This document shows positions 53,433 through 61,213 of a stretch of DNA of 64,000 nucleotides, piece after piece. A program made the position numbers and the translations under genes. Numbering within the stretch: the first letter of the stretch is position 1; the number at the start of each line of letters is the position of its first letter. The notes under the pieces are model-generated. The model saw only the letters and a list, made by a program, of their open reading frames with translations. It had not been told where the DNA came from and did no database searches. This stretch comes from Patescibacteria group bacterium (lineage in GTDB: Bacteria; Patescibacteriota; Minisyncoccia; Minisyncoccales; RBG-13-36-15): positions 95,631-159,630 of the forward strand of contig JACZRI010000001.1 in the NCBI GenBank assembly GCA_022574775.1. The letters run 5' to 3'.

Positions 53433-54500
53433 ATGGATTATTCTGCCCAACTAAAAAAATTATTATCCCTGACAATTCAAGCCAATGCATCAGATTTGCA
53501 TATTTCGGTTGGCCATCCTCCGGTATTAAGAATTACCGGCAGATTGGTTCCTCTTTTTAAAGAAAAGAAAATTACTGGAGAAAATTCGCAGGGTTTAGCT
53601 TTCGCCTTGATGACAGAAGAGCAAAAATCAAGACTCTTCAAAGAAAAGGAAATTGATTTTTCATACAGTTTTGAAAATAAAGCTAGGTTTAGAATAAATA
53701 TTTTTCATCAAAGTTCAGTGATATCTATTGCATGCCGTTTCGTGCCAGCAAAAATTAAAACCATCGATGAATTGAATCTCCCTCCGCTTTTACATACTTT
53801 TGTCCGAGCTACTCAAGGATTTATTTTAATAACAGGTCCTTCCGGCCATGGGAAGTCCACTACTTTGGCAGCCATTATTGATGAGATAAATCACACCAGA
53901 ACAGATCATATAATTACAATTGAAGATCCTATTGAATATATTTTTCAGGATGACAGATCGATTATTGACCAAAGAGAGGTTTACCAAGATACCTTATCTT
54001 TTTCAAAGGCCTTAAGGTCTACTTTTCGTGAAGACCCGGATGTCATTATGGTTGGAGAGATGAGAGACCTTGAAACGATGGGCATTGCAATTACTGCCGC
54101 TGAAACCGGTCACCTGGTTTTCGCCACCCTGCATACAAATTCAGCTGGTCAAACTGTTCACAGAATAGTTGATTCTTTCCCGCCTGATCAGCAAAGCCAA
54201 GTTAGGATCCAATTATCAGCTTCATTATTGGGAGTGGTTTCTCAAAGATTAATTCCAAGAACAAGAGGCGGGTTGATTCCAGCTTGCGAAATAATGATGA
54301 ATACTCCGGCAATTTCCACTTTAATTAGAGAAAACAAAATTCATGAAATCCCTTTAGTAATTGAAACTTCAGCAGAACTGGGGATGATTTCTCTCAATCG
54401 ATCTCTGGCAGACTTGGTCAGGAACAAAGAGATTTCTTTGGATAGCGCCTTGATTTATTCTTCAAATCCGACCGAACTAAAAACCCTAGCAAAGAGATAG
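53433..54500 (+). CDS. pilT: Twitching-motility retraction ATPase PilT
   Basis: Walker A GPSGHGKST, MVGEMRD, GHLVFATLHTN. 355 aa, PilT size class. Confidence 0.9.
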   Translation: MDYSAQLKKLLSLTIQANASDLHISVGHPPVLRITGRLVPLFKEKKITGENSQGLAFALMTEEQKSRLFKEKEIDFSYSFENKARFRINIFHQSSVISIACRFVPAKIKTIDELNLPPLLHTFVRATQGFILITGPSGHGKSTTLAAIIDEINHTRTDHIITIEDPIEYIFQDDRSIIDQREVYQDTLSFSKALRSTFREDPDVIMVGEMRDLETMGIAITAAETGHLVFATLHTNSAGQTVHRIVDSFPPDQQSQVRIQLSASLLGVVSQRLIPRTRGGLIPACEIMMNTPAISTLIRENKIHEIPLVIETSAELGMISLNRSLADLVRNKEISLDSALIYSSNPTELKTLAKR

Positions 54501-54503
54501 AAA

Positions 54504-55718
54504 ATGAAGTTTAATTATCAAGCAAGAACTAAAATCGGAGATACTCAGTCAGGGATAGTTGAAGCGTCAAACGAAGAAGTAGCTTTGTCTATTTTGCAAA
54601 AGTACGGTCTTTATGTCACAACCCTAAAAGAAGTTAAGCGATCCAAGTTCTTTGCCAAAGAAATAAGAATATTCGGAGGTGTTTCCACGAAAGACAGGGT
54701 GATGTTTGCGAGGCAGCTTTCCATTATGTTTAAGGCAAAAGTCCCATTAGTGGAATCCTTGAGGGTGCTGGTTGTGCAGACTCCAAACCTTTTTTTTAGA
54801 GAAAAAATTCTAAGGATCGCTGAAGATGTAGAAGGAGGATCTCCATTTTCCAAGGCTTTATCTCGTTTTCCAGACATTTTTTCTGGTTTTTTTACTGCTA
54901 TGGTTAAATCAGGAGAAACAGCAGGGAGATTGTCCGGAGCTTTAGAGTATTTGGCTGATCATTTGGAAAAAGAACATGATTTTCGCTCTCGTGTCCAGGG
55001 AGCAATGTTATATCCTATTATGGTTATTTTTGTAATGCTGGCAGTGGTTGCTGTAATGCTTCTCTTTGTATTTCCTCAAATAGTCCAGCTCGTTGAGGAT
55101 ATGGGAGTTGAGCCGCCCTTGGTTACAAAGATACTTTTTGGATTAGTCGCTTTTTTAAAGAAATGGATAATAGTTATGATTTTGGCGGCTGTAACTGGCA
55201 TTCTTTTTCTTTTCCAATATTTGAAAACCAAAGAGGGAAAGGAACTTTCTTCCAGATTTTTTTTAAAGATACCGGTATTGAAAAATCTTTTACAAATGAT
55301 TTATCTTACCCGTTTTTCAGAAAACCTTTCTACTTTATTCGGAGCTGGAGTGCCGATTACAAAGGCCTTGGAGGTTTCGGCAGAAGTTGTGGGAAACACA
55401 GTGTACAAAAAAATTATTTTAGAAACGAGAGATGAAGTGAGAAAAGGAGAAACTATACACTCTGTTTTGCAGAAGTATCCTAATGCTTTCCCTCCGGTTT
55501 TCACCCAGATGACCTTAATTGGAGAAAAGACAGGTACCTTGGATAAGACATTGCTCCATTTGGTCAGTTTTTATCAAAGAGAAGTTGAAAGGAGTTTGGA
55601 TAGCGTTTTAGAGCTTTTGGTGCCTTTAACGATTATTTTTCTAGGGGTAATTGTCGGAGGATTGGTAGGCGTGGTAATGCTTACTCTCTATAAAGTAGTG
55701 GGTGGGTTAGGGATTTGA
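54504..55718 (+). CDS. pilC: Type IV pilus platform protein PilC (GspF family), locus 2
   Basis: MKFNYQART..G start, two T2SSF repeats, TM segments. 404 aa. Confidence 0.9.
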   Translation: MKFNYQARTKIGDTQSGIVEASNEEVALSILQKYGLYVTTLKEVKRSKFFAKEIRIFGGVSTKDRVMFARQLSIMFKAKVPLVESLRVLVVQTPNLFFREKILRIAEDVEGGSPFSKALSRFPDIFSGFFTAMVKSGETAGRLSGALEYLADHLEKEHDFRSRVQGAMLYPIMVIFVMLAVVAVMLLFVFPQIVQLVEDMGVEPPLVTKILFGLVAFLKKWIIVMILAAVTGILFLFQYLKTKEGKELSSRFFLKIPVLKNLLQMIYLTRFSENLSTLFGAGVPITKALEVSAEVVGNTVYKKIILETRDEVRKGETIHSVLQKYPNAFPPVFTQMTLIGEKTGTLDKTLLHLVSFYQREVERSLDSVLELLVPLTIIFLGVIVGGLVGVVMLTLYKVVGGLGI

Positions 55719-55744
55719 AGCACAGTAGATAACTGTGGGACTTT

Positions 55745-55774
55745 ACCGAGCACATAATACCTTATGTGCTTGGT
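55745..55774. repeat. Family E hairpin
   Basis: accgagcac-ataataccttat-gtgcttggt, 27 nt after the pilC2 stop. Confidence 0.55.
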
Positions 55775-55963
55775 TCTCGCCTCACTATCGTTCGGCTCAA
55801 AAGTTTTCCACAGCCAGCTCTCCTTAATTTCTGGATTTATAATATAATACACTAAAGGTGCTGGGTTCGAATCTCATACCCTAAAGGCTGTGTTTAAATT
55901 ATCCACAGCCATAAAAATAAAAATAATAAAGGTCGAGAAAGAATTTAAAACTAAGAATTAAAA

Positions 55964-56431
55964 ATGATTCAATTTTTCAGTAAAAAAAGAGAAGAAAAAG
56001 GTTTTACATTGATTGAGTTGTTAGTGGTAATTGCCATCATTGGAATTTTAGCTGGAATTGTATTGGTAGCTTTGGGTGGAGCACGAGCTCAGGCTAAAGA
56101 TGCCCGAATTATCGCAGGGATGACCCAGCTTCGAACCGCATCTGAACTCATTACCTCTACTGAAGGGAATTATAATACAGTAGATTGTGCAACAAGTAGT
56201 CCAGTTAATATTAAGGCACTCTGTGATGATGCAGATCTCCAAAACGGCGCAAAAGGCCCGGTAGTTATTCAGAAACCTGGTGCTCCTTCAGGGGAGTATT
56301 GCGCTGTGGTTGAATTGAATTCAGGAGACTTTTATTGTGTAGATAGTGGCTTAAACGCAGTAAAAGCTCCGACAAGTCCTCTGACTCTTACCTGTGGCGC
56401 AGGGACTCCGACTACTTATACGTGTAACTAA
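55964..56431 (+). CDS. pilA: Type IV major pilin candidate (PilA-like)
   Basis: Leader MIQFFSKKREEKG then FTLIELLVVIAIIGILAGIVLVALGG. 155 aa, six Cys. A strong terminator follows. Confidence 0.85.
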   Translation: MIQFFSKKREEKGFTLIELLVVIAIIGILAGIVLVALGGARAQAKDARIIAGMTQLRTASELITSTEGNYNTVDCATSSPVNIKALCDDADLQNGAKGPVVIQKPGAPSGEYCAVVELNSGDFYCVDSGLNAVKAPTSPLTLTCGAGTPTTYTCN

Positions 56432-56550
56432 GGAATCCAAACGATTGGTTTTCCTTCATTAAGCCCCGACTCTCGAGAGAAAGATAGCTTTGAAAGTAGA
56501 AAGATAGATATATTCCGCAAAAATAAAAATTAGCCGGTTCATTTTCAGCA

Positions 56551-56587
56551 AATCAACCCGCCTCTTCGGCGGGTTGATTTTTTTGTT
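56551..56587 (+). terminator. Strong rho-independent terminator after the pilin gene
   Basis: aatcaacccgcc-tcttc-ggcgggttgatt then ttttttg. Confidence 0.8.
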
Positions 56588-56705
56588 TCCCATTTTTAAC
56601 TTTTGGAGTATTTTTAACCCCATTTTGGATATCGTCTTAACTCCTCCAGGACTTAACTTCTTTAGAACTTAATTGCTAAAAAATATCCTTGTCAAATAAC
56701 AGAAT

Positions 56706-56738
56706 CAACTTGACGGGAACTGTTCTCGCTAGTTCCCG
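56706..56738. repeat. REP palindrome, degenerate (family D)
   Basis: caacttgacgggaactgttctcgctagttcccg. Confidence 0.6.
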
Positions 56739-56787
56739 ATAAACTTACCGAAAACAGTTTACGCTATACCTTCAAATCTGTTATAAT

Positions 56788-56818
56788 CAACTCAACGGGA
56801 ACTGTTCTCGTTAAGTTG
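56788..56818. repeat. REP palindrome, 2 mismatches (family D)
   Basis: caactcaacgggaac-t-gttctcgttaagttg, ending 4 nt before the RAYT ATG. Confidence 0.7.
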
Positions 56819-56822
56819 AACA

Positions 56823-57533
56823 ATGCCGATCAAAAGACCACAATTAGTGACCGGTGAAATCTATCATGTAGTAATGCGTGGAGTTGATAAAAGGATAATT
56901 TTTCCTCAAAAAGAGGATTATTTTCGTTTTATCCACGACCTTTTCGAATTTAATGATGAAGATGATGTAATCAGTGTATACCGTTTCCATACTAACAACT
57001 TGACGGGAACTGTTCCCGTCAAGTTGAGAAAAGAGAGAAAGAAGAGGAAACTTTTGGTAGAAATTTTGGCTTTTTGTTTAATGTCCAATCATTTTCACCT
57101 ATTATTAAGACAGATTAAAGGACAGGGAATAAGCAAATTTATGAGAAAACTTGGGGGTTATGCCACTTACATTAATAAAAAGTATGAAAGAGAAGGCCAT
57201 CTCTACCAAGGAAGATTTCGGGCAGTTCACATTAAAGATGAAACCCAGCTAAAAAATGTATTTGTATATATTCACGCCAACCCTATTGAGTTTATAGAGC
57301 CGGGATGGAAGGAGGAAGGAATAAAAAATCCCAAAGGAGCAATTAAGTTTTTAGAGAGTTATCGGTGGTCAAGTTATTTAGATTACATCGGAAAGAAAAA
57401 TTATCAATCAATAACAAATAGAGAATTATTTAATAATATTTTAGGAAACAAAGAAGGTTGCCGGGAATCTGTTGAAAATTGGATTTTATATAAAGCAGAT
57501 ATTAAAAATTTAGGTCAGGTTGTTTTAGAATAA
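56823..57533 (+). CDS. IS200/IS605-like Y1 (HUH) transposase of the RAYT type
   Basis: GEIYHVVMRGVDKRIIF, HUH motif MSNHFHLLL, GHLYQGRF, catalytic-Tyr context VFVYIHANPIE. 236 aa. Confidence 0.8.
   Translation: MPIKRPQLVTGEIYHVVMRGVDKRIIFPQKEDYFRFIHDLFEFNDEDDVISVYRFHTNNLTGTVPVKLRKERKKRKLLVEILAFCLMSNHFHLLLRQIKGQGISKFMRKLGGYATYINKKYEREGHLYQGRFRAVHIKDETQLKNVFVYIHANPIEFIEPGWKEEGIKNPKGAIKFLESYRWSSYLDYIGKKNYQSITNRELFNNILGNKEGCRESVENWILYKADIKNLGQVVLE
56996..57026. repeat. Perfect REP palindrome inside the RAYT coding sequence (in frame)
   Basis: caacttgacgggaac-t-gttcccgtcaagttg, encoding NLTGTVPVKL. Confidence 0.85.
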
Positions 57534-57560
57534 CTTGACGGGAACAGTTCCCGTCAAGTT
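57532..57560. repeat. Perfect REP palindrome (family D)
   Basis: aacttgacgggaac-a-gttcccgtcaagtt, overlapping the RAYT stop codon. Confidence 0.85.
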
Positions 57561-57576
57561 GGTTAACGGTCTTAGT

Positions 57577-57609
57577 CCAACCTGTCGAGAACAGTTCTCG
57601 ACAGGTTGG
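57577..57609. repeat. REP variant palindrome (family D)
   Basis: ccaacctgtcgagaac-a-gttctcgacaggttgg. Confidence 0.8.
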
Positions 57610-57689
57610 GGATGTTTGTTTTTGGTTTTTTAATTTTGGTTTTTTGGTGTATAATTTAATAATGTTTAGTTTTACGGCATTTTTTCTCA

Positions 57690-58460
57690 ATGTTTAAGAA
57701 AATGTCTGAAAAATTTTCTCCGAATAGAGGATTTTCATTGATTGAAATGCTAACCGTTATTGCCATAATTGGTATTTTTGCAGGGATTGTTATAGTGGTT
57801 GTTGGCTCTGCCAGGAAACAGGCAAAAGAGGCCAGAATCAGCAGTGATTTGGTACAGCTTCAAAACCAGGCAGAAATTCTTTACTTGGATGATGGAAATT
57901 ATAGTAATGTAAGATGTACAACAACCGGTTCTCCGGAAGTTCAAGCTCTTTGCGATGATGTAAGCGATCAAGGAAGCTTAATGACTATTCGACCTTCCCT
58001 TTATACATACTGTGCTTATGCCGTTTTTCCATTTTCCATAAAGGGTTACTGTGTTGACTCTGCAGGTTTTTCAGATAAATTGGCTTTTCCTTCGCTTTCC
58101 TGTGATTTTATTCCTTTCTGTGAATATAGGGATTGTCCCGACTTTAATGCTAATGGAGTGGTGGAATGCAGTAATGATCCAGATCCTGAAGAAGCATCGA
58201 ATTGCCCCTTCCAGAGCCGGGGCGTCCCTGGTAGTGATCTGTATTGTATCTTTGAATGTCATGGGCTTTCCTCAAGTAATCTTCCTTCAGAGTGTGGTGT
58301 TGACCCTTGTCCTCCTCGTGGTGATGCTGGTAATCCTGGTCGTTGTGGAGAGGACAATGAGATATGCTTGGCAATATATGATATTAATGAGGATGGAGTT
58401 GTAGATTTACCTAATGATATATTGGGTGTGATATTATTGCTTGGTACGGTGTGTGAATAG
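57690..58460 (+). CDS. Type IV pilin paralog with Cys-rich C-terminal extension carrying dockerin/EF-hand-like loops
   Basis: Leader ..SPNRG then FSLIEMLTVIAIIGIFAGIVIVVVG. Shares ALCDD and YC.DS motifs with 55964..56431. The tail carries DFNANGVVECSND and DINEDGVVDLPNDILGVILLLG. Confidence 0.75.
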   Translation: MFKKMSEKFSPNRGFSLIEMLTVIAIIGIFAGIVIVVVGSARKQAKEARISSDLVQLQNQAEILYLDDGNYSNVRCTTTGSPEVQALCDDVSDQGSLMTIRPSLYTYCAYAVFPFSIKGYCVDSAGFSDKLAFPSLSCDFIPFCEYRDCPDFNANGVVECSNDPDPEEASNCPFQSRGVPGSDLYCIFECHGLSSSNLPSECGVDPCPPRGDAGNPGRCGEDNEICLAIYDINEDGVVDLPNDILGVILLLGTVCE

Positions 58461-58477
58461 TCCGATCTGGTTTTGCA

Positions 58478-58514
58478 AACTTACAGGGATTCAAAATCCC
58501 TGTAAGTTATTTTT
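58478..58514 (+). terminator. Terminator after the second pilin gene
   Basis: aacttacaggga-ttcaaaa-tccctgtaagtt then attttt. Confidence 0.7.
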
Positions 58515-58534
58515 AAAGTCAGGTATAATAAAAA

Positions 58535-59341
58535 ATGGCAATTTTTTATTTTATTGTATTTATATTAGGCCTATCGGTGGGCTCTTTTTTGAATTCAGTA
58601 ATTTATCGGCTAAAAAGCGGAGACAGCTTTCTTTTTAAAAGATCTTATTGTCCCCGCTGTAAACACGCTTTAACTTGGCAAGATTTAATTCCCCTTTTGA
58701 ATTTTATCATTCTGGGAGGTAAGTGCCGTTATTGCCATCAGCGGATATCGTTCCAGTATCCAGCAGTGGAACTTGCAACAGGGATTTTATTTGTTTCCGT
58801 TTTTCTTCATACTTTTAATTCTTTCCAAATTGACAATACTGCCATGACAATGTTGTTAGGTTTTTACTATTCAGCGGCAATTTGTTTTTTAATAATCATT
58901 TTTGTTTACGATTTAAAACATTTCATAATTCCGGACAAAATAATTTATCCGGCCATATTAGCATCTGGCATTTGGTATCTGGCATCTGGCATTTTTTTTA
59001 ATCTCTATACAAAATATGAAATACTAAATGCTGTATTCTCGGGTCTTGGAGCTGCTGCTTTTTTTCTTGCGATTATCTTGATTTCCCGCGGTAAATGGAT
59101 GGGATTGGGCGATCCAAAATTAGCTTTTTTTATGGGATTTTTTCTTGGCTTCCCCAATATTTTAGTCGCCCTCTTTTTTGCTTTCTTCATCGGAGCTATA
59201 ATAGGAATAGGGTTGATAGTTTTTAAGAAGAAAGCGCTTAAAAGTGAAGTTCCGTTCGGGCCCTTTTTAGTGACAGGAACGCTTATTGCGTTTTTCTGGG
59301 GAGAAACTATTATTAGCCGGTATCTAAATTTATTTTTGTAA
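58535..59341 (+). CDS. pilD: Prepilin peptidase PilD (A24 family)
   Basis: N-terminal CPRC...CRYC zinc motif, polytopic. Aspartyl motif contexts VYDLKHFIIPD and MGLGDPKL. Confidence 0.9.
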   Translation: MAIFYFIVFILGLSVGSFLNSVIYRLKSGDSFLFKRSYCPRCKHALTWQDLIPLLNFIILGGKCRYCHQRISFQYPAVELATGILFVSVFLHTFNSFQIDNTAMTMLLGFYYSAAICFLIIIFVYDLKHFIIPDKIIYPAILASGIWYLASGIFFNLYTKYEILNAVFSGLGAAAFFLAIILISRGKWMGLGDPKLAFFMGFFLGFPNILVALFFAFFIGAIIGIGLIVFKKKALKSEVPFGPFLVTGTLIAFFWGETIISRYLNLFL

Positions 59342-59349
59342 AAATCATC

Positions 59350-59420
59350 AAAATACCTAAACATCTAAATGATTAAGTTTCAATTTTGTTAAAATGTTAA
59401 AATACTTAAATGTTAAAATG
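59350..59420 (+). repeat. Family A periodic hairpin
   Basis: aaaatacctaaacatctaaatgatt ... ttttgttaaaATGttaaaatacttaaatgttaaaATG. Confidence 0.75.
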
Positions 59421-59984
59421 AAAAAGAAAGGTTTTACCATCATTGAACTGCTCGTCGTCATAAGTATTATCGCTATTCTGTCAGGAATAGTTTTGATTGA
59501 TTACCGGTCCGGCCAACAAGCATTTGCTCTTCAGAGGACAGCTTCCAAATTAGCCCAAGACATCAGAAGGGCTCAGGAAATGGCAATGTCAGCGGGTGAG
59601 TGTACTTTCTGCGACCTCTCATGTAGTCCAAATGGGGTTCCGTCTGGGTATATGGTAGTGTTTACTAGTAATCCAAATTACAGTATATTTGCTGATGACG
59701 GTGATAAAGTTTTCGATTCTGGTGACTGTAACATTCTTGGGAATCCTATACCATTTGAGAAGGGTATTGTGATTGATGCTCTTTCTTCAGATTTAACTTT
59801 TGAGCCTTTTCTGTCAATCACTTTTACTCCTCCTGACCCTATTGTTACTATTTGTCATGGATCAGCCTCCTGCAGTGTTTCTTCCGGGTGGATTCGGCTT
59901 TGTATAGAGGGAAGTGATTGCTTAGATCCGTCAAATACAAAAACCATCAACATTAATACAGTTGGCCGAATTGAGATAGACTGA
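59394..59984 (+). CDS. Minor pilin, FimT/GspH-like, locus 2 (alternative start ATG 59418)
   Basis: ..KKKG then FTIIELLVVISIIAILSGIVLIDY. The first 8 codons (MLKYLNVK) come from the family A repeat. Confidence 0.75.
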   Translation: MLKYLNVKMKKKGFTIIELLVVISIIAILSGIVLIDYRSGQQAFALQRTASKLAQDIRRAQEMAMSAGECTFCDLSCSPNGVPSGYMVVFTSNPNYSIFADDGDKVFDSGDCNILGNPIPFEKGIVIDALSSDLTFEPFLSITFTPPDPIVTICHGSASCSVSSGWIRLCIEGSDCLDPSNTKTININTVGRIEID

Positions 59985-59989
59985 CCAGG

Positions 59990-60043
59990 CATATAAACAT
60001 ATAGACATATTTTTAAATGCTAAAATACTTAAATGTTAAGGTG
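59990..60043 (+). repeat. Family A periodic hairpin
   Basis: catataaacatatagacatat ... tttttaaATGctaaaatacttaaatgttaagGTG. Confidence 0.7.
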
Positions 60044-60541
60044 AAGAAGGGTTTTACTCTTCTTGAGGTCACCATCGCTATTTTTATACTGCTGGTTGGA
60101 GTAACGGCAGGTTCAGTCTTAATTGCCAGAACAGTTAGCCAGATGAGTGTTTTTTCTTCCAAACTGATAGCTGCCTATTTAACCCAGGAGGGAATAGAGA
60201 TTATAAGAAATATCAGGGATACGAATTGGCTGCAAGGAGGGGCTTGGGATGAAGGACTTACTGGATGTTTTTTTACAGGGTGTGAAGCAGATTATACTGC
60301 TACGACCGTAGAAAATCCTCCAGGTGCCACAGCTTATTTTGAGACCTTTGCCAATAATTTTTTAAAAATTGATATCAGTGGTTTCTATAATTATACTTCT
60401 GGTACAGATACCAAATACAAAAGAAAAATTACGATTGTATCCGGGGCAGATATTTTAACAGTTACCGTGGAGACTACCTGGTCAGAGAAAGGAAAAGATT
60501 ATTCTCATATTGCCCAGGAAATTTTGTATAACTGGAAATAA
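60017..60541 (+). CDS. Minor pilin, PilV/GspI-like, locus 2 (alternative start GTG 60041)
   Basis: ..VKKG then FTLLEVTIAIFILLVGVTAGSVLI. The first 8 codons (MLKYLNVK) come from the family A repeat. Confidence 0.7.
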   Translation: MLKYLNVKVKKGFTLLEVTIAIFILLVGVTAGSVLIARTVSQMSVFSSKLIAAYLTQEGIEIIRNIRDTNWLQGGAWDEGLTGCFFTGCEADYTATTVENPPGATAYFETFANNFLKIDISGFYNYTSGTDTKYKRKITIVSGADILTVTVETTWSEKGKDYSHIAQEILYNWK

Positions 60542-60557
60542 ATAGCCAATAATTTAA

Positions 60558-61109
60558 ATGAATAAAAACAAAGCTTTTAGCTTAATTGAAATGCTAGTCG
60601 CAGTAACAGTTTTTACATTGATTATGGGGTCAGCTGCCGGTCTTTTTATTGCAGGTATTCGCTCCCAAGCCAAAGCATTAGTTTTCAATAAACTTATAGA
60701 CGAGACGGGTTTTGTGATGGAAAAGATGAGCAGGGCTTTACGAATGGCAAAAAAAGACTTATCTGCTAGCTGTACCCAAAGTTGTCCGGGTTGTAACTAT
60801 GCTCCTCTTCCTTCTCTGGGAGATTCGACGATCAGTTTTATAAATTCTCAGGATGAATGCATGGCGTTTTATGGAGGCTCATTCGTAGGCCCACTTTTAT
60901 ACCAAGATCCTGGATTCAACGAGCTCATCTCAACTGATTTTGAAGTTACCTCTGTTGTATTTGATCTTTCTGGTGAATCTCAAAGTGAGATACCTAATCT
61001 TCAACCCAGAGTAACCATTTTGCTGAAAATTAAAAATGCCAACGCGGCAAAACCAGAAATGACAATCCAGACCACCATTTCCCAGCGAAACTTAGACGTT
61101 CAACAATAA
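60558..61109 (+). CDS. Minor pilin, PilW/GspJ-like, locus 2
   Basis: MNKNKA then FSLIEMLVAVTVFTLIMGSAAGLF. Confidence 0.7.
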   Translation: MNKNKAFSLIEMLVAVTVFTLIMGSAAGLFIAGIRSQAKALVFNKLIDETGFVMEKMSRALRMAKKDLSASCTQSCPGCNYAPLPSLGDSTISFINSQDECMAFYGGSFVGPLLYQDPGFNELISTDFEVTSVVFDLSGESQSEIPNLQPRVTILLKIKNANAAKPEMTIQTTISQRNLDVQQ

Positions 61110-61111
61110 TA

Positions 61112-61213
61112 AAAGTACGAAGTATGAAGTACGAAGAAATAAAAAAGATAAAGAAATTCGAAGTACGAAGTACGAAGAAAAGAAATTTTTCTAATCTTTA
61201 TACTTCATACTTC
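61112..61213 (+). repeat. Family B hairpin repeat (duplicated left arm)
   Basis: aaagtacgaagtATGaagtacgaagaaat...ttcgaagtacgaagtacgaagaaaag...ctttatacttcatacttcc. Confidence 0.8.

Larger units (their letters stand above)
56706..57609 (+). mobile_element. RAYT (REP-associated tyrosine transposase) locus with flanking and internal REP palindromes
   Basis: Y1/HUH transposase ORF bracketed by REP copies at 56706, 56788, 57532 and 57577, plus one inside the ORF at 56996. Confidence 0.75.

Noticed and set aside
55846-55885. tRNA 3'-end-like string ggtgctgggttcgaatctcataccc upstream of the pilin gene, considered as an integration (att) scar
   Set aside because: Only the T-loop (TTCGAAT) and a few flanking bases match. 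The stems do not pair, there is no second copy, and no integrase is nearby.
58317-58325. RGD tripeptide in the Cys-rich pilin tail
   Set aside because: A three-residue motif is expected by chance. There is no supporting context for integrin-type binding in a bacterial epibiont.
58051-58404. Alternate-frame ORFs inside the second pilin gene (58051+, 58071-, 58150-), and 61710-61931 / 61984-62169 inside the PilX-like gene
   Set aside because: They fall in locally G+C-richer gene segments. The pilin frames have clear N-terminal prepilin motifs and the alternatives have none.
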